Under the pieces are notes generated by a model. The model was given only the letters and a program-made list of their open reading frames with translations, was not told where the DNA came from and made no database searches. A program made the translations under genes and the position numbers. 64,000 nucleotides of DNA. It comes from an uncultured Gammaproteobacteria bacterium (GTDB lineage Bacteria > Patescibacteriota > Microgenomatia > Levybacterales > GWA1-39-11). Below, one piece after another: positions 19,543 to 29,752 of the stretch. Each line of letters starts with the position of its first letter. Within the stretch, counting starts at the first letter, position 1. The stretch is from the NCBI GenBank assembly GCA_964568885.1, contig CAZMSF010000001.1, positions 5,217 through 69,216 of the forward strand. Reading direction: 5' to 3'.

Positions 19543-20415
19543 TTAAAATCCTAATAATTCACTCACTTTTACAAATTCGAATCCCTCTTTTTTGAGTGTC
19601 TCAACAATACGCGGTACTGCAAGGTAGTCAACCGGCTCATTGGGAAAACCATTCATATGCATAACTATTATTGAACCGTTTTTTACCCTATTAACAACCC
19701 TCCCAACAATACTGTTTTCATTACTGTTAAAACCGTCATCGGCAACAACATCCCATGCTATCGCATTTGCACCTGCCAGTTTGAGAAGCGCCAGGTCCCC
19801 CGGACCAAAGCAACCGCCGGGAAACCGGAATAACCGAGTTTTTTTGTTTGTATACTTTTCAATAATGAGTTGTGACGCGCCTATGTCTTCTATTTTTCTG
19901 TCTTCCGGCAACGCCTCAAGCGCATAGCAGGGGAAAGAATAGGCCCTATGGGAATACGAATGGCTCCCTATTTCAAGAAATGACTTCGAGGAGAGTTCTT
20001 TGGTAATTTCAGGATATTGCTCTACCCAAAGACCGCTTAAAAAAAGAGTCGCAGGAGTCCTGGACCTTACCAGAAAGGAAATGAGCTTGTCATCGTAAAA
20101 GCTTTTTACACTTCCATTTGCAAGCATTTGCCGCATCCCTGTTGTCATATCTGCATCGAAAGTAAGAGCCACTTTTTTTTTGTTCCTTTCTCCATGAAAG
20201 TACACTCCAAAGAACTCCCCTTTTCCGGACACATAATCAATCTGTCGTAATATCACCTGATACATGGCTCCCGGAAGGAGCGGCGAATTCCTGTTAATGG
20301 TTTGCGGGCGAAGGAAGAATGGACTTGAGGGAAGGGGTGAAGAAAAAAAGCCGACTCCAAATCCAAAGAAAAGGATTACCACTATGGACAGCGTGAAGAA
20401 AAAAGAAGAACGCAT
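19543..20415 (-). CDS. Polysaccharide deacetylase (CE4/NodB)
   Basis: ALTFD, HS.SH, FRFPGG, IIVMH. Confidence 0.85.
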   Translation of the reverse strand: MRSSFFFTLSIVVILFFGFGVGFFSSPLPSSPFFLRPQTINRNSPLLPGAMYQVILRQIDYVSGKGEFFGVYFHGERNKKKVALTFDADMTTGMRQMLANGSVKSFYDDKLISFLVRSRTPATLFLSGLWVEQYPEITKELSSKSFLEIGSHSYSHRAYSFPCYALEALPEDRKIEDIGASQLIIEKYTNKKTRLFRFPGGCFGPGDLALLKLAGANAIAWDVVADDGFNSNENSIVGRVVNRVKNGSIIVMHMNGFPNEPVDYLAVPRIVETLKKEGFEFVKVSELLGF

Positions 20416-20535
20416 TCAGGTCTTTTGTATACATTATTCAGCGTGTGGGGTCAAGGGGGTCATGGAAATTCCCAAAAAAAACAGTTAGAATTAATCGAAT
20501 CAAACTGTCAACTTCAAAAAGACTGTCACTTCCGT

Positions 20536-22323
20536 ATGCAACACAGAATTATTTATTACATCCGTAGTTTTATTACCCCGGTTATTGTACTCGCAGGATT
20601 GCTTCTTTATTTGGCTTTCTCCTATCTGAATATTCACCTGCTTTTGTTCCCCTTGGCCATAGCAACAATTATTATCGGAAGTTATAAATTGGTCGTTGAG
20701 ACGTATGAAGACATACGAAGTGGAAAATTTGGGCTCGATTATATCGCAATTCTTGCTGTTATTGTTTCAGTTGCGACCGGAGAATACATTGTTGGAATAA
20801 TTCTTGCTCTTATGATCGCTTCCGGACGGAATCTTGAAGAATACGGTGCAAAGATGGCAAAAAGGTCCTTGACCGAACTTTCCGAGCGCATTCCTCATGA
20901 CGTCATGGTTGAAAAAGGAGCCACAAGCGAAAAAAAGGCGGTCAAAAATGTCACTGTAGGAGAAGTAATTATCATCAGAAAGGGAGAAGTTGTACCGCTT
21001 GACGGAGAGATAATATCCGAAGAAAGTCTTTTCGATGAACAATCTCTGACCGGAGAGGCTTTCCCTGTTGAAAAACTTCATGGTGATTTTATCCGCTCGG
21101 GTGTAATTAACGTAGGAACAATTGCACGCATTAAGGTTTTGAAAGAACAGAAGGACTCGAGCTATTCAAAGATTATAGAAATCGTTGAGAGAGCTCAAAG
21201 CGCAAAAGCTCCGCTTGTAAGGCTTGCCGATAAGTACAGTGTCTATTTTACAATTGTAACTTTTGTCATCGCATCGTTCTCCTTTATGCTCCATGGGACA
21301 TTAGAATCTATTCTTGCGGTTTTGGTCGTTGCTACCCCCTGCCCGTTAATTTTGGCTACTCCAATAGCTCTTCTTGGCGGAATGAACGCTCAGGCAAGAA
21401 GAAGGATAATTATAAAGCACTTATCAAGCCTTGAGTCTCTTTCCAGAGTCGATACGGTAGTATTTGATAAAACCGGGACCATTACGCTTGGTAAACCCAA
21501 GGTAAGCGAATTCAGACTGCATAATGGGGAACTGGAAAAAGAACGGGCTCTTGCGATTGCCGTTGCAATTGAGAGAAATTCTCTGCATCCTTTGGCAAGC
21601 GCGGTGGTTGAGTATGGAAAATCGGTCGCAAGAATTCCAGTCTTGAAAGTTAAGGAAACGATAGGAAAAGGCATTCAGGGAAGCATTGATGGTAAAGACT
21701 ATGTCCTCAAAAAAACAGAGATGGACACAGAGACTATGGAAATAGGATTGTATCAAAATGAAGTTCTTTTGGCGTCCTTCATATTTGAAGATGAAGTCAA
21801 AACCGAGTCACGAAGTATTATCGAAAAACTGAAGAATATGAAAATGAACCTTTTCATTTTTACGGGAGACAAGCTGCAGACAACCCAAAAATTAGTGGAA
21901 CGGCTTCAAATCGACATGAAAATACGGGCAGAGTTAAAACCGGAAGAAAAGCAAAAAGGAATTGAAGAACTGAAAAAAAGGGGAGCAATAGTTGCGATGG
22001 TCGGCGACGGCATCAACGACGCGCCTGCCTTAGCTTTATCAGACGTTGGGATGGTTTTTGCAAATGAGGAAAAAACTGCAGCCTCGGAAGCCTCGGACAT
22101 CGTACTTTTGGGAGGCAACTTCTCCTCCGTTCTCTATTCCCTTTTGAGCGCACGGCGGACAATATCAATTGCAAAACAAAGTATCGTGGCCGGAATCGGA
22201 ATGAGCGTGGTTTGTATGATACTTGCCTCATTCGGACTTATTTCTCCCATTGTCGGTGCTGTCATTCAGGAAGGAATTGATGTAGCGGTCATTCTCAACG
22301 CCCTTCGTGCAAGTAAGAGCTAG
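20536..22323 (+). CDS. Heavy-metal P1B-type ATPase (P1B-5-like)
   Basis: LTGE, ATPCPL, DKTGT, SLHP, GDGINDAP, QEGID. Confidence 0.9.
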   Translation: MQHRIIYYIRSFITPVIVLAGLLLYLAFSYLNIHLLLFPLAIATIIIGSYKLVVETYEDIRSGKFGLDYIAILAVIVSVATGEYIVGIILALMIASGRNLEEYGAKMAKRSLTELSERIPHDVMVEKGATSEKKAVKNVTVGEVIIIRKGEVVPLDGEIISEESLFDEQSLTGEAFPVEKLHGDFIRSGVINVGTIARIKVLKEQKDSSYSKIIEIVERAQSAKAPLVRLADKYSVYFTIVTFVIASFSFMLHGTLESILAVLVVATPCPLILATPIALLGGMNAQARRRIIIKHLSSLESLSRVDTVVFDKTGTITLGKPKVSEFRLHNGELEKERALAIAVAIERNSLHPLASAVVEYGKSVARIPVLKVKETIGKGIQGSIDGKDYVLKKTEMDTETMEIGLYQNEVLLASFIFEDEVKTESRSIIEKLKNMKMNLFIFTGDKLQTTQKLVERLQIDMKIRAELKPEEKQKGIEELKKRGAIVAMVGDGINDAPALALSDVGMVFANEEKTAASEASDIVLLGGNFSSVLYSLLSARRTISIAKQSIVAGIGMSVVCMILASFGLISPIVGAVIQEGIDVAVILNALRASKS

Positions 22324-22342
22324 CAGGGTGTAATATAGAAAT

Positions 22343-23803
22343 GTGATTTCTCCCCTTTTCTTTATCCGAAAAAAGCACATTCCTATTCTTTTGGCGGTTT
22401 TCATTTGCCTTGTCTTCTTTGCAGCGTATAGCACTCTCTCCATAGTGCGGCATCTCCATTACGAATCGTATGGGTTTGATTTGGGAATAAATGACCAGAC
22501 GGTATGGCGCTACAGCAGATTTGAGGCCCCCCTTACTACAATTGACCCGTTTCCTGACAGAACAAAGCTTGATACGCATGTTGAGCTAGTGTACGCCATT
22601 ATTTCCCCATCGTATTGGCTGTGGTCAACAAGGAAAATGCTTCTGTTGGTTTCCGCTTTTATTGTTTGTTCGGGCGGAATATCGGCATTTCTCCTTTCAA
22701 GAAGTAGGCTTAAAAACCTCCCCCTTAGTTTTTCAATAATGTTTTCATATCTTATGTTTTATGGGCTGCAAAACGCCGTGTGGTTTGACGTGCACAGTTC
22801 CAATTTCGCGGCCGCTTTTCTTATGTGGTTCATCTATTTTCTCGATGGAAAAAGATCAAAAGCTGCAATTCTCTTCTTTTTTCTTGCAATAACTGCCAAA
22901 GAAAATATAGCATTGTACACTCTGACAATTGCTCTTCTTTACTTAATAAGAAGGAGGTCAAAAATTGTTATTGGTTTTGCAACTGCATCCATTCTTTATC
23001 TTCTTTTCATTTATTTGATTTATTTTCCGCATATAGTTAATCTTCCCTATCTTTACTCAAATAAGTCAGGTTTGCTTTCAAACCTTAATCCCTACTATCT
23101 TATTAATACCAAAGAAAAAATTACAACGATTTTCTATTCATTTGCGTCTTTTGGATTTCTTCCCCTACTAAATCCGCTCACGCTTCCTCTTATTTTTGCT
23201 CACTTCACAACCTTCTTTGTCATAGCTTCCGACTTGCCCGGAGCTCAAGGTCTTTATGGGCACTACCGCGTTACTCTGGCACCTCTTTTTGTATGGTCGA
23301 CGGTGGTAACAGTTGGAACGTTCCGTTTTTTGAATAACAAATATATCGCTTTCTATCTTGTCCTTTGTACTCTTTTTTTACAATACAGCCTTCATCTGCC
23401 GCTTTCCTACCTAACAAAGGAATGGTTTTGGAAAAAACCGGCTTCTGAAACATACATCAACACCCTTATTGAAAGATACTTACCACCGGATGCCTCCGTT
23501 GTCTCCCAAAACAATATAACTCCGCATATTTCCCATAGAGACAAGATATATACGCTCTATTATGACAGCAAGAACTTTCCTAAAAATTCACCCTGCGGGA
23601 GTACAACTTGTGACTGGTTCCGCTGGTTTTCAAACCCTGAGTATCTTATTGTTGACACTTCAGCAAATTGGGACGCTAGGCATTTGCTTATCGATAGACC
23701 TGTTTTTCTAAAAGCGCTTCGCAACATGGAAAAAGCGAAAGTGATACGCCTTTACAAAGAGGTCGGAAGCGCAAAGCTTTACAGAGTAACCGGTTCTCCA
23801 TGA
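22343..23803 (+). CDS. DUF2079 family GT-C-like membrane protein
   Basis: FDLGI.DQ..W, FD.H, multiple TM. Confidence 0.8.
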   Translation: MISPLFFIRKKHIPILLAVFICLVFFAAYSTLSIVRHLHYESYGFDLGINDQTVWRYSRFEAPLTTIDPFPDRTKLDTHVELVYAIISPSYWLWSTRKMLLLVSAFIVCSGGISAFLLSRSRLKNLPLSFSIMFSYLMFYGLQNAVWFDVHSSNFAAAFLMWFIYFLDGKRSKAAILFFFLAITAKENIALYTLTIALLYLIRRRSKIVIGFATASILYLLFIYLIYFPHIVNLPYLYSNKSGLLSNLNPYYLINTKEKITTIFYSFASFGFLPLLNPLTLPLIFAHFTTFFVIASDLPGAQGLYGHYRVTLAPLFVWSTVVTVGTFRFLNNKYIAFYLVLCTLFLQYSLHLPLSYLTKEWFWKKPASETYINTLIERYLPPDASVVSQNNITPHISHRDKIYTLYYDSKNFPKNSPCGSTTCDWFRWFSNPEYLIVDTSANWDARHLLIDRPVFLKALRNMEKAKVIRLYKEVGSAKLYRVTGSP

Positions 23804-23826
23804 AAGCCTAATGGTATACTATTTAA

Positions 23827-24099
23827 ATGAAGGCATATTGGTTCCGGGCAAAAAGATACGGCTGGGGATGGTATCCGTCTACCTGGCAGGGATGGACGGT
23901 CATACTGCTCTATGCAATAATTCTTTTTTTTATATTTCTTACTCTTGACTCGGAGCTCCATTCTCCAATTGAGACGATGAAACAGTTTTTTCCAATAGAG
24001 CTTGTTTTAACGGCTATACTTATTGTAGTTTGCTACATTAAAGGAGAAAGGCCTTCCTGGAGGTGGGGAGACAAAAAGAAGAAATCATCAAGAAGATAA
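23827..24099 (+). CDS. Small two-TM membrane protein
   Basis: WF.AKRYGWGW.P.TWQGW and KGE.P.WRWG motifs. Confidence 0.8.
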   Translation: MKAYWFRAKRYGWGWYPSTWQGWTVILLYAIILFFIFLTLDSELHSPIETMKQFFPIELVLTAILIVVCYIKGERPSWRWGDKKKKSSRR

Positions 24100-24352
24100 C
24101 CGGAATTTCTTTCCGAATAAATCAAAATTGAACAGTGTCAACTTTCCTCCGATGCTGTCAATTTCAAAAACAGGCACTTTTTTAGGAATTTTCGAAAGCG
24201 AGCTTTTTAACGGTATTTCTACCGTCGGCACTTTGAAATATTTGCTTTTCACCCATGTATCTTATGTTCTATCTGTCAATTGCAGTTATAAAATATGTAA
24301 GAATAATACAATAATATCTTCCCTACTGAAGATTTTCTACAAGAGCGAACAA

Positions 24353-25483
24353 TCAAGCCGCCGCAGGTCTTAAAAGAGGGGTAAAATCGTATATCGTTTT
24401 GTTCGGAGCGAAAGGATTTCCTGCAACAATTGCGCTTTTGCTGTCAATTCCCAGCATATCACGGAACCTCCATTCCATATAGATTGCTTGATTTGTCATA
24501 TCTTGTTGAGCGTCAAACGCCTTCTTCTGAAAAAATAATTCCGATTGCTGACTGCTATTTATCCCAAATCTCGAGAATAAAGTACGAAAATCTGAAGGCG
24601 TCGTGGGCACCAGACGAAGTCCTGAGGCACGGTCTGCTATTATATCCATTGGTGAACTATTGTCCTCAAGACTTAGTCGCTGCACCTGAAGATTGAGGTG
24701 CCAATCTGCGATTTCTCTGGCTACTTCTTGGCGGATTGTAGCTATGTGGTCTTTATTGGCCATCAGTTTGAATATGTCCTTTACATATTTAGCGTTTTGT
24801 AAACTTCTTTCAACCCCTTCGATGTCCATGCCATACTCATCAAGCAGGTTGAATATTTTTTTGGGGCGTGCTTCCGAAACAAGAGCTCTTAAATATTCAC
24901 CGTATGCCTGAACGAGTGGAGAATGGTATAGTGCAACAATTAAAGACGATGTGTCTGTGCCGTTTGCGATATTCCGCTCTACTGTCTCAAGCGCACTTCT
25001 TCCCCTATCAACAGTGTCCTTTCCTCCAACCGCCGGAACCTCAAATATGTCTGAAGACATAATCCCTTCATAAATTCTTTCATTGAACTCATCATCCTCA
25101 AGCTTTCCCGTCTGACCCAGGCGCTGACGCTTTCTTCTTTCCATTTCAAGCAAAAAATCATATTGGCCGGTTTTCTTATCAAACGGTATCCCCAAGCGTG
25201 CGGCGTTTTCCGAAGCGGCCGAAAGCAATTGAAAAAACAAAGCGCTTTTTCCTGTTGCCGGCTCTCCCATGATGATTATCCGTCGCCCATTTAAAAATTG
25301 TTGCACGAGATAACGTCCGACTTCTCGCCCTTCGTCTCGAATTTCCATAATTCCATTAAGAACATTGTGCCTTTCGGGGCTCAGTTCAATCTCGGCAAGA
25401 GGAACAACAACAGAAGTCCCATCTCGTACCAGTTGCGCATCAAAATCCCTGTTCATTTCAAAATGTGTTTCATTTTCATTCAT
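24353..25483 (-). CDS. Hypothetical protein with Walker A-like motif
   Basis: 376-aa ORF; IIIMGEPATGKS. Confidence 0.6.
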   Translation of the reverse strand: MNENETHFEMNRDFDAQLVRDGTSVVVPLAEIELSPERHNVLNGIMEIRDEGREVGRYLVQQFLNGRRIIIMGEPATGKSALFFQLLSAASENAARLGIPFDKKTGQYDFLLEMERRKRQRLGQTGKLEDDEFNERIYEGIMSSDIFEVPAVGGKDTVDRGRSALETVERNIANGTDTSSLIVALYHSPLVQAYGEYLRALVSEARPKKIFNLLDEYGMDIEGVERSLQNAKYVKDIFKLMANKDHIATIRQEVAREIADWHLNLQVQRLSLEDNSSPMDIIADRASGLRLVPTTPSDFRTLFSRFGINSSQQSELFFQKKAFDAQQDMTNQAIYMEWRFRDMLGIDSKSAIVAGNPFAPNKTIYDFTPLLRPAAA

Positions 25484-25485
25484 TG

Positions 25486-26643
25486 TTACTTGGGAAGACT
25501 TACAGTAATAGTCGTTCCCACATGGAGCTTGGAGGTAAGAGATACTTTACCCTTATGTTTGTCGATGATATTTTTTACCAGAAAGAGACCAAGACCCATG
25601 CCTTCCTTATAATTTCCTTTTGCCTTAAAAAATTCGACGAATACCTTGTCCTGCTCTCTTTTCCGTATTCCTTTCCCATAATCGGTAATCGATATCGAAA
25701 CATACTTTTCATCCTCCCCGACCGTTAAGACTATTGGAGTCACCGAGGAGGAGAATTTTGCCGAATTATTCAGCAGGTTCGTAAATACCTGCTGCAACTT
25801 TTCCTCATCACCGCGGGCAAGGACAATTTTATGATGAACGGGATTTTCAAGCAGTACTTTATAGCCGGGATAATTAAATTTGAAATTTATGACCGCCTTT
25901 TTCAAAACGTTAAGAATGGCGACCTCTTTCCATGCATACCTCAGCTGCCCCGTTTTTACTTGCTCTATCGCCAAGAGCTCATTTACGATATTTTTAAGTC
26001 TTTTTATCTCGGAACGCAGTATTTCAACCGATTTTGGTGGCGGGAATTGCTTGTTGTTCAGTTTTTTTTCGATAAGCCCTGCATAGGCAGATATGGTCGT
26101 CAACGGAGTCCTTAATTCGTGTGAAGCAAGAGATATGAACAAATCCCTCGCCTCAATAGCCCCGATGGACTCTTCATAAAGCTGAGAGTTCCTAATACCA
26201 AGGCTTAAGAGGGCACCAAACAGACGGAGAGCACCTAACATGTCGTTACCAAACTGTTTTGCTTCATGTGCTTGAAGGGACAATACTCCAATGGTTTGTT
26301 TGTTAAAACTTAAGGGAATAAGAATAAGACATTTTATGCCTTTGTTATATAACTTGAGGTGTGCTTTTTTAAGCTCCTCCCCTTGCACTATTTTCAGCTT
26401 CTCTTCCTCGACGGCGCGTCTTGTATTCCCGCTTTTTCTAGGTTGGACTTGAGAACCGGGAGGCACATCCGAATACGCTCTTACAAATTCACCCTGGGGG
26501 TCAAGAAGGAAAATAGAGCCGTTATTTGCTCCGGCGACACGTATCGCCTCCTGGACCGCTATTTTATACCGCTCCTCAAGCGTTAACGGCTGCAGATAAG
26601 AGAGTGAGGAAAGATATACATTTTCAAGTAATTCATTTGTCAT
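25486..26643 (-). CDS. Cytoplasmic GAF-domain sensor histidine kinase
   Basis: GAF-like N-terminus, ASHELRTPL, N..KF, D.G.GI, GMGLGL. Confidence 0.9.
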   Translation of the reverse strand: MTNELLENVYLSSLSYLQPLTLEERYKIAVQEAIRVAGANNGSIFLLDPQGEFVRAYSDVPPGSQVQPRKSGNTRRAVEEEKLKIVQGEELKKAHLKLYNKGIKCLILIPLSFNKQTIGVLSLQAHEAKQFGNDMLGALRLFGALLSLGIRNSQLYEESIGAIEARDLFISLASHELRTPLTTISAYAGLIEKKLNNKQFPPPKSVEILRSEIKRLKNIVNELLAIEQVKTGQLRYAWKEVAILNVLKKAVINFKFNYPGYKVLLENPVHHKIVLARGDEEKLQQVFTNLLNNSAKFSSSVTPIVLTVGEDEKYVSISITDYGKGIRKREQDKVFVEFFKAKGNYKEGMGLGLFLVKNIIDKHKGKVSLTSKLHVGTTITVSLPK

Positions 26644-26646
26644 AAT

Positions 26647-27312
26647 TTACTCTCGTATTGTATACCCAAATCCCCGTACACTTTTTATCAGCGGCTGATG
26701 TGAGCCGTTATCAATTTTTTTTCTCAAGTAGCCGATATAAACGTCAACGACGCGGCTCTCGATGTCAGGAGAATACAACCATATGTGATCAAGAATTGTT
26801 TCCCGGGAAAGAACTACCCCCTGGTTTATCATTAAATATTCGAGTAGTTTGAATTCTGTTGAGGTAAGCGGGATAAGCCTGTTATTTCTTTTTACTTCGT
26901 ACGTTGAGGAGTTCAATTCAAGGTCGGCTATTGTTATCACCGGAGACCCTTTTTGCTTCAAGCGTGAGCGTATTCTTGCGAGAAGTTCTTCGGTTTCAAA
27001 TGGCTTCGAGATGTAATCATCGGCTCCCAAGTCGAGACCGTGGACTATATCTCCGGTAGTATTTTTTGCTGTCAGAATTATTATCGGAAGTGTCGGGTGT
27101 TCCTTTTTGACTTCGGCGCACACGGTTTCACCCGCAATACTGTCAATTCCCAAATCAAGAACGATAAGGTCAGGTTTTGCATCACGCACCATTTTCAGCG
27201 CAACTGCTCCGTCGCCGGTTCCCTTCACGGAATATCCTGCTTCTTTTAATGATTCCTCGAGGTACTCTCGTATGTTTTTGTCGTCTTCAACAACTAAAAT
27301 TTTGTATACCAT
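26647..27312 (-). CDS. OmpR-family response regulator
   Basis: Receiver plus winged helix (VVDVYIGYLRKK, VRG.GY). Confidence 0.95.
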   Translation of the reverse strand: MVYKILVVEDDKNIREYLEESLKEAGYSVKGTGDGAVALKMVRDAKPDLIVLDLGIDSIAGETVCAEVKKEHPTLPIIILTAKNTTGDIVHGLDLGADDYISKPFETEELLARIRSRLKQKGSPVITIADLELNSSTYEVKRNNRLIPLTSTEFKLLEYLMINQGVVLSRETILDHIWLYSPDIESRVVDVYIGYLRKKIDNGSHQPLIKSVRGFGYTIRE

Positions 27313-27693
27313 GAGTAATAAGTAGATAAATACTAAGCAATTGAGGCAGACGATTATATGAAAAAATCGTAAAGATATGGTAAGAACGTTTTTTCACCAT
27401 AACTTATGTGTATATCTTACCACCGGAATGCAAATAGATGTTGTATTGTGAGGTTATGAATTACGTTCTACGGGAGAGGAAAGGACCATCCAGAAGCTTT
27501 TTACCAATTTCTTCAGAGGCCTTTCGATTAGTTCAACTACATGATAAATAGTAGAGTTGCTTTTAGGAAGTGCGTAATAATTTTTTTGTGTTACCGTTAC
27601 TATCATACTTTCATTATGCCTCTCATTATTAAGATATTTTTTAACTTACAGTGAGAAAGTTGTAAGATTTTTAGTCACCGGTGACTTTATCAT

Positions 27694-28296
27694 TTAACTA
27701 GCGTGATGCACGTGACGTGTTTCATGGCCGTGTGCGCGCTTCATCTCGTCTACATTCGCGTCGTCGTCCATCGTATTTGCTACAAAAGTTTTGACGTCCG
27801 TAGCTCTATAGCTGTCAAGTATCTCCTCGACCTCACTGCTTTGACCTATCCGGGCAGGAACGATAAGAAGAATTGCGCCTGCTTTGACTCTTTCTTCATA
27901 CGTCTTTGCTTCATCTGAGGACAGTCCGAATCCGGCTAACGCTCCAATCAGTCCCCCTGCCACCGCGCCGGTTGCTGCTCCTGCTGCTCCACCTGCTGCA
28001 GCTCCCGATAATCCAAGTGCTGTGGCTATAGGTCCACCGATAAGAAAAGGTCCGAAACCCGGGAAAAGAAGTGCGCTTGCAAGACCTGCAACTCCACCAA
28101 TCACTATGCCTGCGACCGCCCCCGATGCCGTATTTCCGGCAATAGTACCCCCCGTCTCATCTGCCATTTGCTTTGCTTTCTTATGGTCCTGCATGACAAT
28201 TGATATATCTTTTGGTTGGTACCCATGAGATTCAAGGTCGGACATAGCCTCTTCGGCATTTTCTTGTGAAGTAAATACTCCCAATACTGTTTTCAT
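27694..28296 (-). CDS. General stress protein (YflT/17M-like, Gly-zipper)
   Basis: V.GVF...AE.A..L...GY...DIS, Gly-zipper TM, YE..VK.G; strong SD. Confidence 0.8.
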   Translation of the reverse strand: MKTVLGVFTSQENAEEAMSDLESHGYQPKDISIVMQDHKKAKQMADETGGTIAGNTASGAVAGIVIGGVAGLASALLFPGFGPFLIGGPIATALGLSGAAAGGAAGAATGAVAGGLIGALAGFGLSSDEAKTYEERVKAGAILLIVPARIGQSSEVEEILDSYRATDVKTFVANTMDDDANVDEMKRAHGHETRHVHHAS

Positions 28297-28450
28297 TCTC
28301 TTTCACCTCCTTTTGGCATATTCAAATGGTAACTGCCCAACAATACATTCTTGAAGAGAAAAAGGTAAGGTTTTCTAAAGAGAATTTTACATTTCTCTAG
28401 ACAGACTCAGACTTTATCTTCTTATACTATTGCTAAAGGAGGTGAACGGT

Positions 28451-28624
28451 ATGCGAAGAAACGCATTGGGGCAAAAAATTAAAGGAAAGCTGCAAAAAGT
28501 TAAAGGAGAATTTGAAATGAGGACAGGAAATTCTGCACGCGGTATCCTTGACAAAACAAAAGGAACAGTTAATGAAGGGCTGGCCGATTTCAAGACGGCA
28601 ATCATAAATACGTCAAATGAGTAA
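28451..28624 (+). CDS. CsbD-like stress protein
   Basis: KIKGK..KVKG....TG.....G..DK.KG; SD AAAGGAGGTGA. Confidence 0.75.
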   Translation: MRRNALGQKIKGKLQKVKGEFEMRTGNSARGILDKTKGTVNEGLADFKTAIINTSNE

Positions 28625-28660
28625 GTTTGTTGACAGGAAAGAACTTGAGAATTATTATGA

Positions 28661-29116
28661 ATGAAAGTGGTACTCTTAAATTTGCTAAAGAACATTGGCG
28701 GCAGCAAAAAGACTCCACCAATTGTTGTGCCGAACCCTCAAACAATACCCGCAAAAAAAATCCTGGTTGTTGAAGACGAAGAGGCTTTAAGACAATTGTA
28801 TATTGAAGTACTGTCACAAGAAGGTTTTGAGGTAAAAGGAGCCGAAAACGGCCAGGTTGCATTGTCATTAATACCCCAATTTCAGCCAAATCTTATTTTA
28901 CTTGATCTTATGATGCCTGTAATGGACGGCAAACAATTGCTTCGAAATATGAATGACCAGGAACAGATGAAACTTATACCCGTAATCGTTCTTACCAATG
29001 CCGGAGACGTCGACTCTATGCGCGAGGTAAAGTTTTATGGTAATGCAAAAACATTCTTAATAAAAGCCAACGTTACCCCTCTGGATATCGTGAACAGCGT
29101 CAAAACTCTTGCATAG
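28661..29116 (+). CDS. Single-domain response regulator (receiver only)
   Basis: VVEDE, LLDLMMP.MDG, V.VLTN, K. Confidence 0.9.
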   Translation: MKVVLLNLLKNIGGSKKTPPIVVPNPQTIPAKKILVVEDEEALRQLYIEVLSQEGFEVKGAENGQVALSLIPQFQPNLILLDLMMPVMDGKQLLRNMNDQEQMKLIPVIVLTNAGDVDSMREVKFYGNAKTFLIKANVTPLDIVNSVKTLA

Positions 29117-29343
29117 TGATTAATTGACTTGACAATTGTAAAAAAAAGCTCTACGGTAGTATTAGTCCTAATTAGTTACTGATATCGGAGCGAAATTAGG
29201 ATTATATGCCAAGAATAGGGTCTTCATGAGGGCGACTATTTAAGGAATATTTGAAAGTACGGATATTTTGTTGGAAAGAAGCTGAATTTGTAGCCGGGCA
29301 ACTGGCCACAGAGAACGTTTGTATACAAAACAAAATATTCAAA

Positions 29344-29383
29344 AAACAAAAAGGTCTGTTGTAAAAAGCAGACCTTTTTGTTT
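29344..29383. terminator. Bidirectional intrinsic terminator
   Basis: AAACAAAAAGGTCTG / CAGACCTTTTTGTTT inverted repeat between convergent units. Confidence 0.75.
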
Positions 29384-29394
29384 GTAGTGAGTTT

Positions 29395-29649
29395 CTATAC
29401 CCTACCGGTATTAAAGATCATTCTTCCGAGCCAAATCACGATAACCGCACCCACAATTGAGACAAGAATACTGTAGACATTAAAACCGGTTACGCCACTT
29501 TGACCGAAAAGGTTCATCACAAACCCACCAATAACCGCACCTACTATGCCAAGAAGAATATCTCCTATTATCCCTTGGTTCGACTTCATTATCATCGAAG
29601 CGACCCATCCTGAAAGTGCTCCTAAGACTATCCATAAAAGTATACCCAT
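29395..29649 (-). CDS. GlsB/YeaQ/YmgE stress-response membrane protein
   Basis: WI..G...GW.AS.IM, I.LGIVGA.IGG; strong SD. Confidence 0.9.
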   Translation of the reverse strand: MGILLWIVLGALSGWVASMIMKSNQGIIGDILLGIVGAVIGGFVMNLFGQSGVTGFNVYSILVSIVGAVIVIWLGRMIFNTGRV

Positions 29650-29752
29650 ACATTTCACCTCCTTTCTTTTGCTACAGTACCAACTTTAGTAGCAATACAA
29701 GAGGCGCCAATGAAAGTTATGCAAGGGTTTGTAAAGAAAGTGAAGATGTGTG

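Noticed and set aside
29206-29364. TGA read-through ORF suggesting code 25 or selenocysteine
   Set aside because: Many well-defined genes here end in TGA, so TGA is a stop; the peptide has no recognisable features.
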